The translations under genes and the position numbers were made by a program. From Octopus sinensis (lineage: Eukaryota): a stretch of DNA of 64,000 bases. How positions within the stretch are numbered: position 1 is the stretch's first letter; every line of letters begins with the position of its first letter. The stretch spans positions 183,520,001-183,584,000 of the forward strand of contig NC_042997.1 in the NCBI RefSeq assembly GCF_006345805.1. The letters are read 5' to 3'. The notes under the pieces are model-generated. The model made no database searches. It saw only the letters and a list, made by a program, of their open reading frames with translations, and was not told the DNA's origin. Below, one piece after another: positions 26,349 to 40,418 of the stretch.

Positions 26349-26407
26349 CATTCTATCTATAAATGTTCTAAAATCTACACAGCCTTGGTTTTTTTATCTC
26401 ATTACGA

Positions 26408-26467
<60 letters not shown>

Positions 26468-26962
26468 ACATATATACATACATATTACATACATATATAC
26501 ATACATACATATATACATACATATATACACACACATATACATATGTATGAATGCCCAAAAAGGATTATATGATTAACTCCAAACGGAACAGTGATTACAT
26601 CTACTGAGGTATGTGAAATTTAAAAGGAAAGTAAATAAATAAATAAAAAACAACCCAACCATTGTCTCAATTAGAGAAAATGAATGAGAAAGTAGCTACT
26701 ACACACATTCATAATTACTCTATTTACTTAATTTGAAAAGCAATCTCATCATGTTTGATAATTTGACACACACACACCTACGCATGCATGCATGTGCTCA
26801 CACGCTTCTTCCGTATAAGATTGTCAAGCATTAGTATTAGTTGCTATGCATACAATACATGCATGCATGAATGTATGTATGAATATATATACACACATGT
26901 ATGTACATATGTATGTATGTATGTATGTATGTATGTTGTATGTATGTATGCGTATACATATT

Positions 26963-27790
26963 CTTTTATTCTTTTACTTGTTTCAGTCATTTGACTGTGG
27001 CTATGCTGGAGCACCGCCTTTAGTCAAACAAATCGACCCCAGGACTTATTCTTTCTATCGGTCTCTTTTGCTGAATTGCTAAGATATGGGGATGTAAACA
27101 CACCAGCATTGGTTGTCAAGCAATGGTGGGAGGACAAACACAGACACACAAATATACACACACACCACACACACACACATATACAACAGGCTTCTTTCAG
27201 TTTCTGTCTACCAAATCCACTCACAAGGCTTTGGTTGGCCCGGGGCTATAGTAGAAGAAACTTACCGAAGGTGCCACACAATGGGACTGAACCTGGAACC
27301 ATGTGGTTAGTAAGCAAATGTATGTATGTATCTATGTATGTATGCATGTATGTATATATATATCATCATCATCATCATCGTTTAACATCTGTTTTCAATG
27401 CTAGCATGGGTTGGACAGTTCGACTGGGGTCTGGGAAGCCAGGAGGCTGCACAAGGCTCCAGTCTGATCTGGCAGTGTTTCTACAGATGGATGCCCTTCC
27501 TAATGCCAACCACTCTGTGTAAGTATAGTGGGTGCTTTTTACGTGCTACCGGCATGGAAGCCAGTCAATGGCATCGCTGGCATCGGCCACATTCGGATGG
27601 TGCTTTTTACGTGCCACCGGCATGGGTATCACAACTACAATTTCCATTTGATTTTTATTTTGATGTTGATGTACTTGACTCAATAGGTCTCAAGCACAGC
27701 AGGTCGTCCTACAATCCAAGGTAAGCACAGCAGGTCGCCCTACGATCCAAGGTAAGCATAGCAGGTTGCCCTATGATCCAAGGTAATTTT
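26963..27790 (-). mobile_element. Family B SINE (26963-27313) and RTE 3' fragment (27362-27790) containing a 31-bp x3 tandem repeat at about 27692-27785
   Basis: Matches to in-window families; AAGCACAGCAGGTCGCCCTACGATCCAAGGT unit seen three times. Confidence 0.8.
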
Positions 27791-28084
27791 GGATGGGCTG
27801 GGGCTCACATTTCTTTAAAATTGTGGTCAGGCCTTGATATCAGGACTACTCATGTCTAGAAACTGAGGTTGGGGGTAAGCAAGGACATGCTCCCCACAGA
27901 AAATCCAGCTCCCAAAAAGCCTCATGATAGCAAGGGCGAACGGGCACTAGCCAGCCCAAAGGTTGGGATGGGCTGCACCTGCCTGCCTCAGTTGCTATGG
28001 CATTGAGGTAGATCCAGCCACCTCCATTAACAGGGACAAAACCCGGATTTAAAACACTGGATGATGAGGATAATATATATATAT

Positions 28085-28447
28085 ATATATATATATAAGT
28101 TGCATAAAGAAGTGCTAATATCTAAGTGTGGAAGAGGGGCAACCCAAGAAGACATGGGATGAGGTGGTGAAGCATGATCTTTGAATGTTAGGTCTGACAG
28201 AGGTGATGACAAATGATCAAGATCTCTGTTGATTTGCTGTGCTTGAGAAGACTTGTCAAGCCAAGAGAAATTGTAGTCAAAGGCATCCACTACACTCTTG
28301 GAGAGGTTGGAGTTAGGAAGGGCATCAAATTGTAGAAACCAAGTCAAATCAGACTAGAATCTTATACAACTCTGTGGATTACCACCCCAGTCCAGTCAAA
28401 CTGTCTAACCCATGCCAGCATGGAAAACAGACACAAAATGATGATGA
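28085..28447 (+). mobile_element. Degenerate RTE C-terminus and 3' end
   Basis: CGRG.PKKTWDEVVKHDL remnant, (GAT)n tail. Confidence 0.8.
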
Positions 28448-28480
28448 TATACATATATATAATATATAATATATATATGT

Positions 28481-28712
28481 AAGGGCGGGCAGCTGAAGAC
28501 CTGGGCGACGATGATAAAGGAGGACCTCTCTGAACTCTCAGGTCCGCAGGTGGTCAGCCTGCGTAGACGCAACCGTGAATGGCTTGCTATCTCTAGTGAC
28601 ATCGCACGGGACCGTCGAGCGTGGGCCGCCATGGTTCGTGATGCCAATAGGAACAGAGAAGAAGCTGGCTCAACCTGCCCTGCATGAAAGGCATTACAAG
28701 TACAAGTCAAGT
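28481..28712 (+). mobile_element. 3' end of a second, GC-rich RTE-like LINE family
   Basis: Stop-free KGGQLKTWATMIKEDLSELSGPQVVSLRRRNREWLAISSDIARDRRAWAAMVRDA...*, CAAGTA/CAAGT-repeat tail. Confidence 0.75.
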
Positions 28713-28804
28713 AAGTATATATAGATTATATATAGATAATATTATTTCGTTTTTGGATTTGGCTTCCAAGATTCTTTATATGAGTTTGTGTGTTGAAGCA
28801 TATT

Positions 28805-28998
28805 CTGTTGTGTCTGGGAAGAGTCATTCTCTTTTAGTGCCTTATAATTTATCACACTCACCAGTAAAATTTCCACTTATTTCTTTCTTATTTTTCTAAA
28901 ATTTTTGTTGCGTCTTGCAACCTTTTCAACAGTTTTGACTTGTGAGTGTGTTAAAGTATGAGGTACCAAAAGAGAATGACTCTCCACAAACACAACAG
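28805..28998. repeat. Fold-back element, ~57-bp imperfect arms, decayed HHR-like core on the minus strand
   Basis: CTGTTGTG..GAGTCATTCTCTTTT..CACACTCAC vs GTGAGTGTG..AAAAGAGAATGACTC..CACAACAG; abuts (TA)n. Confidence 0.7.
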
Positions 28999-29177
28999 TA
29001 TATAATATTATATATATAATATATATATATTACTATATGTATATATATATATATATCATGTATATATATATATATATATAATATATATATATATATTATA
29101 TATATATAATATTATACATATATATATCTATATCATGTATAATATATATATAATATTATACATATATATATCTATAT

Positions 29178-29213
<36 letters not shown>

Positions 29214-29582
29214 AAATATTATACAAATATATATATCTATATCTATATATATCAGAAATGGAAAACAAAACAATAAATTGGACAATTACAAACACTGTTC
29301 CATTTAAATATTTTATACAAACAAATGACTCATCTCATAGATCTTTCTTGTCTTCCGGAACATTTTTTCCATTAGCTTCAAAGTTATCTCTAATATGAAT
29401 GATTGTAAGTCGCCTGGGTGGATGTGTTTTTGAAAGTCCCTTCTAAATTGTTATATATATATATAATAATTATTTGAGGGAATATTATTCCTAACTTACA
29501 GGGAAAAATTCAATTTAGAAATACTAAATCAAATTTCACAAAATATAATTATATATCTATATATATATTATATATATATATA

Positions 29583-29820
29583 TATAAATTAGAAAAAACA
29601 CCTTTTATCAATTTCAAATGAACAATTAAATTACACCACCTAAAAAATTACATATAATAGAAATATTAAAATTAAAATAACAATAATATACCGATGATTA
29701 AGTAATTGCAAAACAATATAAAAACGTATATTTTTGGTATATATACCAAATATAATTTTATAGATGGTGTAATTTAATTGTTCATTTTGAATGATAAAAG
29801 GTGGTTTTTTCTAATTTATA
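29583..29820. repeat. Fold-back element, ~70-bp imperfect arms, inside a TA tract
   Basis: TATAAATTAGAAAAAACACCTTTTATCA..TGAACAATTAAATTACACCA vs its reverse complement at 29750-29820; CCGATGA at 29691. Confidence 0.75.
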
Positions 29821-30072
29821 TATATATTATATATTTATATATATATAGTGATATATATATATATATATGATATATATATGTATAATATATATATATATAT
29901 ATATCATTATATGTATATATATATATATTATAAATATTTTACCTGTATATATATATATCATTATATGTTATATATATAAAATATGTTACTATATATATAT
30001 ATATCATATTATATATATTATAAATATATACCTATATATATATATATATATAATATATTATAAATATATACC

Positions 30073-30104
<32 letters not shown>

Positions 30105-30730
30105 ATATGTTATATATACATATATCATATCATTTAAAATTAAATCATATATATAACTGGGGCAGTAGCTTTACACTCTGATCTCATGCTGACCAAAGAC
30201 TTGTTAGTGAATTCGGTATATGGAACCTGAAAAAAAAAACCTTATTGTATAATGATGTAAATTTGTGCGTGTGTGTGTTTGTGCATGGGTGAGTGTATGT
30301 GTATGTGTGTGTGAGTATGGGTGTGTATGTGTAAATGTGTATGTATCTGTATGAATGTGTATGTGTGCATGTGTCACACAGACACATGCACAGTAACACA
30401 CACATACATACATACAAAAATATTCAAAGAGTGACATCACTGTTTGCAGCTCATCCGCAAATGACGACATCACTGTTTATGGTTGGACTGCAATTGGTGA
30501 CATTTGTTTACATTTCCTATGAACCAACTGCCCACTAACTCTCTGCTTTTCAGCCCCATTGGAATTACAATAAAATCCTTTATTTGAAAAATTGGTAAGC
30601 TTTAACGACAACTAGTACATCCGACCCTAAAATTCATTCCATTTTTTTCAAATTTTTGCATAAACCGTGTGTGTGTGTGTATGTATATATATATATATGT
30701 ACTGTATGTATGTATATATATATATGTGTA

Positions 30731-31125
<395 letters not shown>

Positions 31126-31131
31126 GTGTAG

Positions 31132-31350
31132 AGCGGCGAGCTGGCAGAATCGTTGGCACGTCGGACGAAATGCTTAGCGGCATTTCGTCCGTTTTTATGC
31201 TCGAAGCGAGTTCAAATTCCGCCGAAGTCGACTTCGCTTTTCATCCTTTGGGGAATCGATAAAACAAGTACCAGCCGAGCAGTGATGTAATCACCTTAAC
31301 CCCTTCCTCAAATGATATTGCTGGCCTTGTGCCAGAATTTGAAACCAATA
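31132..31350 (+). mobile_element. SINE family A with CpGs largely intact
   Basis: GCGGCGAGCTGGCAGAATCGTT head and body. Confidence 0.85.
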
Positions 31351-31666
31351 TAAGAGAAAGAATGTATGTATTCCATCACCACCACCATCATCATCATGAT
31401 TCGGCATCTATCTGGGGACACTATTACTAGCCCTGAAAACATCCTTTTCCCCATTTTCCTGCCCAACACTTCCACCGACTGATGGAGCTTTGTTCCAATT
31501 TCTTTTCAGCATGTCCTTGTTTATACCCTGCATCCAAATATAACTAGCTAAACCGTAAACCACAGGTACTTTTTGGTGAAACTTCGGGCGATACAAATAA
31601 ATTTTGTCGTATTCATGGCTATTAAACTTGTGTGTCAGTATATTATGTGTATATATTATACATAAA

Positions 31667-31710
<44 letters not shown>

Positions 31711-32109
31711 GTACGTGAGTGTGTCTGTGTTTATGTTACACCGGTCTAAAAACTGGTTTTGTTTATGTTATATCCCATTATGTCCCCTAACCTGGCAACT
31801 GAACAGGCATTCTTCGACAAAATGTGTACCAGAGTGGAATAGGTACTGGGGGCCGATACAGCTGACCCAAAGCTTTGAAAACACTGCCCCAGCATGGTCA
31901 CAATACAACTACTGAGATCAGTAAAAGATGACTTTTTTTTTTTTAGGAAGACAGAAATATAGAAACGCAGAAATGGAAATGAATCATACATATGTCGCGC
32001 TGAGTGCATGGAGAGAGAGACAGAGAGAGAAGTGTATATGTGTATATATATTATATGAAAAAACAAGTAAAAAATAGAAAATGCTAAAATAATTTTATAG
32101 TGAACATTT

Positions 32110-32146
32110 CAGTACGGTTTCGGTCATTTTGAGACCTTTTCAACTG
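32110..32146 (-). ncRNA. HHR-like motif with variant core, in a possible Penelope-like remnant
   Basis: CAG-TTGAAAA-GGTC-tcaaaat-GACC-GAAA-CcG-TA-CTG: stems I, II and minimal III pair, but the core reads TTGAAAA instead of CTGANGA. Confidence 0.45.
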
Positions 32147-32429
32147 TAACGATTAAATATTAAATTTAGAAAAATTAGAAGAAAAGTTTTTTTAAAAGAT
32201 ATTTCTATAGTAGTGTTCAATTTAAGTGGCATTCTGCCTTTCTCTGACTCCCTGTTTGCACTTGTGTGTTCGAGGTAGTTGTGAGCTCTTGGTAGGGTAG
32301 TAGAGAGAAGGCTGGTGAGGAAAGGGGGTGGGAGAATCTGGGAGTGCCCTGATGGTCGTATTTTGAATGGTCAGTGGCGGCTGGCAGTCTCAGTTCAATT
32401 CAGGAGAATATTTATATTGACAGGCTTCT

Positions 32430-32471
<42 letters not shown>

Positions 32472-32472
32472 G

Positions 32473-32533
<61 letters not shown>

Positions 32534-32623
32534 CACCTATATATAATATATATATATATATTATACATATACACATATTATATATTATATATATATATAA
32601 TATATATATATACATATACATAT

Positions 32624-32667
<44 letters not shown>

Positions 32668-33614
32668 GCAAGAGCGATCTGCCATCTTTACAATATTATT
32701 TTTGAGCCAGTTTTAATTATGTTGTTTTTCAAAAATTATTTTAAAAGACACCTGAAATACATTCTGAACATTTTCATTAAAGGCAGGTAGCACAAAACAT
32801 TACATCAATACTTCAGTGGTTGCAGCGTGTTTATTTTACATCAGTCTCCTAACACTGAACCGACAACAGCAGCAGTAACAACAACCTGTCGAGTTTGTTG
32901 AGCGAGAATTATGTGCAGAGTTGGGGGTGGTGGTGGTAAAAAAAGCGATAATAATAATTATAAATAAATACAAAAAGGATTTCTATCGCTGCAGTAATTA
33001 TAGATGATGACAATGATTATGATTATAATATAAAACGTGTTAATAACTGATCAGTTGTATACAATAATTAAATATGCGGAGACAGTAATGTCAATCATAC
33101 GTATAATGATTATAGTAAAGATACAGAGACTCAGATGTAATAGCGATCAGGTTGAAGATGTAATGACGAAATACCTTTGATGTGCTATAACATGCTTTTA
33201 TATATATAAAGGAAGAATTATTATTATTACAAATCAGCAAAGTAAAAACGATGGTGTATTTTTTAAGTGTAGTTTTGAATGGTTACAATGTAAAATGAAA
33301 TCATTCGTCGTACAAGTGCATGTTAAGAACAACATATCTATATTACACACACATACATATAAGACGTAAGTGTGTGTAATATATGTGTAATAAATGATGT
33401 ATAATATGATATAAATGTGACATTTGTCATGTTAGATGATGGCACGTTTCAGCAAAAATTTAACTATGGATGACGTTTTCTCATTCTTACTTACGAGGAA
33501 ACAAAACATTATACACATATATACACACCAAATTATAACCATACATACATACATACATACATACATCAAATTCATACATGCATATTTTTTTACATACGTA
33601 CATATACACACATG

Positions 33615-33627
33615 ATCTATCTGTCTG

Positions 33628-33677
<50 letters not shown>

Positions 33678-33680
33678 GAC

Positions 33681-33756
<76 letters not shown>

Positions 33757-33762
33757 GGACCT

Positions 33763-33797
<35 letters not shown>

Positions 33798-33810
33798 TAT
33801 ATATCTATCA
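33615..33810. repeat. (CTAT)n/(CAAT)n microsatellite
   Basis: Seen directly. Confidence 0.95.
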
Positions 33811-33993
33811 ATCTATATACACACAAGCACACACAAACACAAATAAATGTAAGCATACATATATACATAAATAAATATGCTATATATATATACACACACA
33901 CATATATATATATATATAATTTGTAATACTTACTCAGTATAGGAATTGTTGCATTCACTTGACGGCACTTGAGCATATCTAGCATAGTTGAAG

Positions 33994-34000
33994 TATAAAA
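33994..34000 (+). promoter_or_regulatory. Candidate TATA box in a CpG-retaining unique region
   Basis: TATAAAA followed by GC-rich GCGGAGCGACCAGGCG; motif only. Confidence 0.25.
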
Positions 34001-34945
34001 GCGGAGCGACCAGGCGATCTTATGGGATTATAAACAAAAGGTTTGCAATGAAAGTACGAAATACATTCGGCATCAGAGTGGATATCACCTGTATCGAAGT
34101 GCCACTTGTGTGATGATAACCTAGTCATCGCCATCGCTAGCTACTACAGCAGCAAGGTATTATTAATCGACGGGGAGGGTGAGAAAGAAGAGAAGAAAGC
34201 ACATATATATGGGTGTGTGTTTGTGTATACATACGTGTACGTGTGATGTATTATAATATTATCTGTGTATAGACGCGTACGCAGAGACATACATATATGT
34301 ATATATAGCCACTGCTGTCGCTGGTTGACTGCTATTGGATGACTCGTTTTTACCCCGTCACTGGCATCGATGTTCAATAAGCTTTGAGAATCAAGCAAGC
34401 AACCTCGATTATTAGTGTAGAAATGCAGAGCTCGTCTAACCACTCACACTGCAAGAAGAAGAACACTTGCTAACAACAAACAACACGAGCCAAACAAGCG
34501 AGCCTTCTACGCGGTTGCTCGGCTTGCTAGAAAGAGCAGCCAAATTGCCTTCGAAATGACACCCTGGTTATCTTGAAATCGAGAACGCGTTGGATAATGT
34601 ATTAAAAAAAAAATTTTTTTTTTGATATCCCTGAAAAGACATGATGGCCCTAGTTAGATAGAACTCCTTTACGCTCGATTAGAACTGACTTCGGGGTGGG
34701 GCCCTAAACAACAACTGGATATTATTCGAACGCACAATGGTACATATATTCACACATGTATATACAGGTATGCATACATACATACATACACACATACATA
34801 CATACATATATACATACAAATATACATACATACATATACATACATACATATACACATACATATATACATACATATATACATATACACATACATATATACA
34901 TACATACATACTATATATATTAATATATTAATGGACTGTTCCTCC

Positions 34946-34977
<32 letters not shown>

Positions 34978-34988
34978 ATGTGTATGTT

Positions 34989-35023
<35 letters not shown>

Positions 35024-37636
35024 TTAATACACTTACATACGCACGCACACACAGATATATGCAATGCTTATACACTTAAAAGCTCGCACATGTATGTATT
35101 ACTCTGTTACAGTTTAGGCCCCTCTCAGTCCTGATCGACCTAAGTTATGATTCAAGACACTGAAGGCGCGAACATCTCGATTTTCATTTTATTTTTCAAG
35201 GCGTAGTGCAGCAGCACTGGGTAACAGCTATTACCCAGTGTACCCTTCCCTTTTTAATACAGTAGAATGTGATGAAAGAGATCTGTGTGCTATTTCTAGC
35301 AGATTGATCGATCACGTGAAGCCTTATACGTAGGTTAGTCGTTATTTCTGTGTGTATATATATATGTGTGCATACATTTATAGAGCTGAACCCCACGATC
35401 GATTTGCTCATTAGGGCATCATTTGCTGATTTTATCCTTAAGCGGCGTAAATCAGCTGGCAACTCATCATTGCTAGCTAATGAAATGCTTGTCAGTTTCC
35501 CTATTGTATCTATACACAACTTGTTTATTTATAAGCTGTAGCAAGACCACGATAGTTATGTAATTCATGTCCATGGACGACATGCATCTCCATGGTGGGA
35601 CGTGAGCCAACACCCTACTCAGACAAGTACATACAAAACTATGGGCTAGTTATATTATGAATGTAGATACACTAACGTAAAATGTTGACTTATTATTGTA
35701 AATAACCGAATGTAAATCATTGCCCTTGTTATTGTGATTATTTATTTCGTTTGTTACCTTGGTCCGTGGCGATTTGTAAACCAGGCGAGTGACCCGATTT
35801 AAGTAACCAATCTAGATCTCTTCATTCAGTTTTGAGAATGATCTCGGTGAAGACAACCTTCGCTCAAACCCCTTTCTCATTTCCTATTAAAATTTTTTTT
35901 TAAATAAAAAATAAAATAATGATGTACAGGAAACCAATAATTAAATATGTATATTAAAAATGATATGCTTCTTTAATTTTTCTTTAATTACTAAACATTT
36001 GATACACTTAATTTACAAATTAACATGCCGTAATTCGTTGAGAAAACATAATTTACAAAACTGGAAAATGGAGAGAAAAAATGTAAAATGGAAATTAGTA
36101 ATTAAATTATTAAAACAGAGACGCACACATTCCTTCAATTATGTACCGCGCTAGGGGAAACTGGTATTACTCCCTAAAAATTTTAAGACTCTCCAAAACA
36201 ATTGCTGTATTACAGCTGTTGATTGCATGATTGGGGCACAGTTTCGAGTTTTAACTGGCTTATGTGAATTTACCATCCCCAAATATACTAACCTTAAAAA
36301 TATCAGTAGCATATTGAAAATATTCTCTATTCTCCCTTTATACTCTAGAAACTAGAAATATAATTATTTAGGGCAAGTTGGAATAATTTCAGAAAATAAC
36401 TGCACGCCGCATTCCCTTTTTCTAGATTTTTATTTTTCTCGCCAGGAACTTCAGAGTTACGACTTAAAAAATATAAACCAGCCTCTTAGATTCAATAACA
36501 ACAAAAATATAATTCTTTTCTATTATAAGCATAAGGCCTGAAATTTCGTGGGACGAGGTTAGTCGAATTCATCGACTTGACTGGTTCTTATTTCATCGGC
36601 CCCGAAAGAATGAAAGGCCAAGTCGATCTCGGCGGAATTTGAACTCAGAACATAAAGAGTCGGAAGAAATGAATAATAACTTTAATAATATACTACTCTA
36701 CATATGGGATATTTTTCTTGTCAGTCTACTGGAAGCCGTAGACTGTTAACATCTAGAATTAATTTGCCATTGATGTTTATTTTTCTTTGGTTATTAGCCC
36801 TAACTCAGCTTTGACTGAGCACACCTATAACCAAAATCATTTCAGCCATGACTACCCGTCTTTTTTATATACCAAGGACTACATTACCTCTATTTTCTAT
36901 TTTTAAGACCGTAGGGTGTGATTTGCGGGAGATTTGGCTGCAGATCGTATAACCCTATTGGCTTGATTTTTCAATCGTCAACCAATGTTTATAGGCATTT
37001 GTTTAACTGACTGTGTAAACTGGAACCATTGTGAAAGTAAAGAATATAGAATAAAATCTAATGAAATAAAAAGCATTTAATATTGCGGAATATAGTACAT
37101 TTTGATAGTTCTCTACTGTTATTGGCTCTCATCGGTTTAAACCAGAGATGGCCCCGTTATTATCAAATTATTAAAAGGGTTTTTCTTCGTCTGATTTTTT
37201 AAAAATCGGCATGACCGCAACCCATATAATGTGAGTGATATTTTTTCTTCTAGTCGTTGTGCTTGGAATTAGAACATGCATGTTACTACAAAATTGTTCG
37301 TAACAATAAGTATATTTTATTTGTCTGAAGGTAAATAAAATAATAATTAAAAAACGCTTTATACACACTCATATTCATACTTCTCTTGCGCATATAAAGC
37401 AGCATACACGGCCGTATACGTATACATGTGTGCGTTTTTTATATACATAGATACACTGTCATCACCATCACCACCACCACCACCACCACCACTACCACCA
37501 TCATCATCATCATCACCAACATAAGCGTTTTTTTCTTCCATTCTGGCAATTCGTTTTAATTGCGACTTGCTTCAGCTCCCTCTTGTCTGGAAGCCTAATT
37601 ATCCTTCAATTTAACCATACCACTTTCCGCGAATAT

Positions 37637-37980
37637 ACACACGCATACATATATACATACATGCATGTATTTCTGTATGCATGCATGTATTTATGTATGC
37701 ATGCATGCATGTATGTATGCGTGTATGCATGTATGTATGTATGTATGTATGTATGTATGTATGTATATAGGTAAGTAGGTAGGTAGGAAGGTACGTACGT
37801 ATGTATGTATGTATGCATATAGGTAGGTAGGTAGGAAGGTACGTACGTACGTATGTATGCATGCATGTATGTATGTATGTATGCATGAATGTATGTATGT
37901 AGTTAGGAAAGTAGGTAGGACGCTACGTACGTATGTATGTATGTATGTTAGTAGGAAGATACGTACGTATGTATGTGTAT
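37637..37980. repeat. Compound (TATG)/(TAGG)/(TACG)n microsatellite
   Basis: Seen directly. Confidence 0.9.
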
Positions 37981-38351
37981 ATATATAAATATGTGTGTGT
38001 GTGTGTGTGAAAGCGTATACGGCATAACAGAGTTAGAAGTAAACCACAGAAAATACAATATGGAATTTGGTTACGTCCCTTTACATGTTCAGTTCAAATA
38101 ACCACCCAGTTTTTATGCTTATCATCGTTCCGAGATTTAAAAGACGAGCAAGAGTTGATGAAATCTGGCATGTTTTTGAACGCGATTCCCCATCACGATT
38201 GCAATACAATGACCGAAATGTGTACACACACACACATACAGGGGGATTAATGTCAGCTGGTAAATGAGAGAGGGTGAGCGATGGGCAGCTTTAGAAAATG
38301 TCAGTGATGCAAAAAGTGAGGGGTGGCTTAGTGCAGTGAATAGGAGTGGAA

Positions 38352-38609
38352 ATGAGAATGATAGATGAAAAGATCGAGTGTAAAAGAGGTGCAGCAGATA
38401 GACACTTCATGTTGGGGAACAAATGATAGTCAGATGGGGCCAAATCAGGAAAATAGGGAGGCTGATCAACCAGTTTAAAGCCATAGTCATGCACAGCAGC
38501 CACTGAAACCAACGACCCGAGTGCTGGAGCATTGTATTGATAAAACAAGGTTTATGAGAATGATAGATGAAAAGATCGAGTGTAAAAGAGGTGCAGCAGA
38601 TAGACACTT
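38352..38609 (-). repeat. Inverted local copy (38408-38550) of mariner fragment 39440-39583, between 56-bp direct repeats
   Basis: 38352-38407 equals 38554-38609; insert is the reverse complement of 39440-39583 with about 3 mismatches. Confidence 0.85.
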
Positions 38610-38669
38610 AACAGGTACAAAATGAGCGAAAGGTCCAAAAACACACACACACACACATTTTTCATTTTT

Positions 38670-39425
38670 TATCTTTTACTTGTCTCAGTCATCAGACTGC
38701 GGCCAGCTAGGGGAACCGTCTTAGAGAATTTTTTCATCGAATGTATTCTATTTCTTTACTCCCCACAAGGGGCTAAACACAGAGAGGACAAACAAGGACA
38801 GATAAACGGATTAAGGCGATTATATCGACCCCAGTGCATAACTGGTACTTATTTAATCGAACCCGAAAGGATGAAAGGCAAAGTCGACCTCAGCGGAATT
38901 TGAACTCAGAACGTAACGGCAGACGAAATACCTATTTCTTTACTACCCACAAGGGGCTAAACACAGAGGGGACAAACAAGGACAGACAAAGGGATTAAGT
39001 CGATTATATCGACTCCAGTGCGTAACTGGTACTTATTTAATCGACCCCGAAAGGATGAAAGGCAAAGTCGACCTCAGCGGAATTTGAACTCAGAACGTAA
39101 CGGCAGACGAAATATGGGTACGCATTTCGCCATGCGTGCTAGCTTTTCTGCCAGCTCGCCGCCTTTTTTCATCGAATGTATTCACCCCAGTACTTATTCT
39201 ATCGATCACTATTACCGAGCCGCCAAGTCACAGGGACGTAAAAACACCTGCACTGTTGTTAAACAGTGGTGGAGGTGGACACACACACATACACACACGA
39301 TCGATTATTTTCAGTTTCCATCTATCAAATCCACTCACAAGGCTTTGGTCGGCCTGAGTCTTATAGTAGAAGAAACTTGCCCAAGGTGCCACACAGTGGG
39401 ATTGAAGCCTGAACAATGTGGGAAA
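38670..39425 (-). mobile_element. Family B SINE interrupted by a multimeric family A SINE (38748-39165)
   Basis: B tail at 38670-38720 and B body at 39180-39425; TTTTTTCATCGAATGTATTC repeated on both sides of the insert. Confidence 0.8.
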
Positions 39426-39439
39426 CAGACAAAATAGAT

Positions 39440-39802
39440 CTTGTTTTATCAAGACAATGCTCCAGCACACGGGTTGTTGGTTTCAGTGGCTGCTGTGCAT
39501 GACTATGGCTTTAAACTGGTTGATCAGCCTCCCTATTTTCCTGATTTGGCCCCATCTGACTATCATTTGTTCCCCAACATGAAATGAGAACCAGTATCAC
39601 AGTGATGATGACGTAATATCTACTGCTGATGACTTTTTGACCAGCAAGATTAAAGCTTCTTCAACAATGGGATCTAAGTGCTGTGATACTAACGGAAGAA
39701 GTGTGTGAACCACAAGGTGCACTATGTTGAAAGTTAAACCTCATTTAATCACATTTCATGAGGGTGTCTTGATCAGCCTATGAACTTTTCAGCTGACCCT
39801 TG
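39440..39802 (+). pseudogene. mariner transposase 3' fragment with right TIR
   Basis: LFYQDNAPAH...GFKLVDQPPYFPDLAPSDYHLFPNMK; ends TATGAACTTTTCAGCTGACCCTTG-TA. Confidence 0.85.
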
Positions 39803-39854
39803 TAACAATTTACTAAATTTGCAATTTGGACAATTAATTCTTTACATAAAAAGC

Positions 39855-40418
39855 ACGACCTTCGAACATTAAAACTCACCGAGGCAATGACTAGTGACCG
39901 AGACCTTTGGAAGTATGCTGTGCATGAGAGGACCTGGCAGGACAAGTGAGGCCATAACCTGTGGCCTCTACCTGGGATGTAGCCAGCCCACTTATGCATA
40001 CCTTTCCTTTTTGGGACACAAAACTCTGCTTGCGAAGACCTGTTGAGGCAAGTGAAATCGGAATTGAAATCAAAATCGCTCAAAAATCAATGGAAATTGT
40101 AGTTGTGATACCAGTGCTGGTGGCACGTTAAAGAACCATCCAAACGTGGCCGTTACCAGTGCCGCCCGACTGGCCTCCATGCCGGTGGCATGTAAAAAGC
40201 ACCAACCGATCGTGGCCGTTGCCAACCTCGCCTGGCACGTAAAAAGCACCCACTACACTCATGGAGTGGTTGGCATTAGGAAGGGCATCCAGCTGTAGAA
40301 ACACTGTCAGATCAGACTGGGCCTGGTGCAGCCTCCTGGCTTCCCAGATCCCAGTCGAACCGTCCAACCCATGCTAGCATGGAAAGTGGACGTTAAACGA
40401 TGATGATGATGATGATGA
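39855..40418 (+). mobile_element. RTE C-terminus and 3' end
   Basis: KHDLRTLKLTEAMTSDRDLWKYAVHERT; (GAT)n tail. Confidence 0.85.

Noticed and set aside
27076-27522. 148-aa ORF
   Set aside because: Spans a SINE, a microsatellite and an RTE 3' UTR
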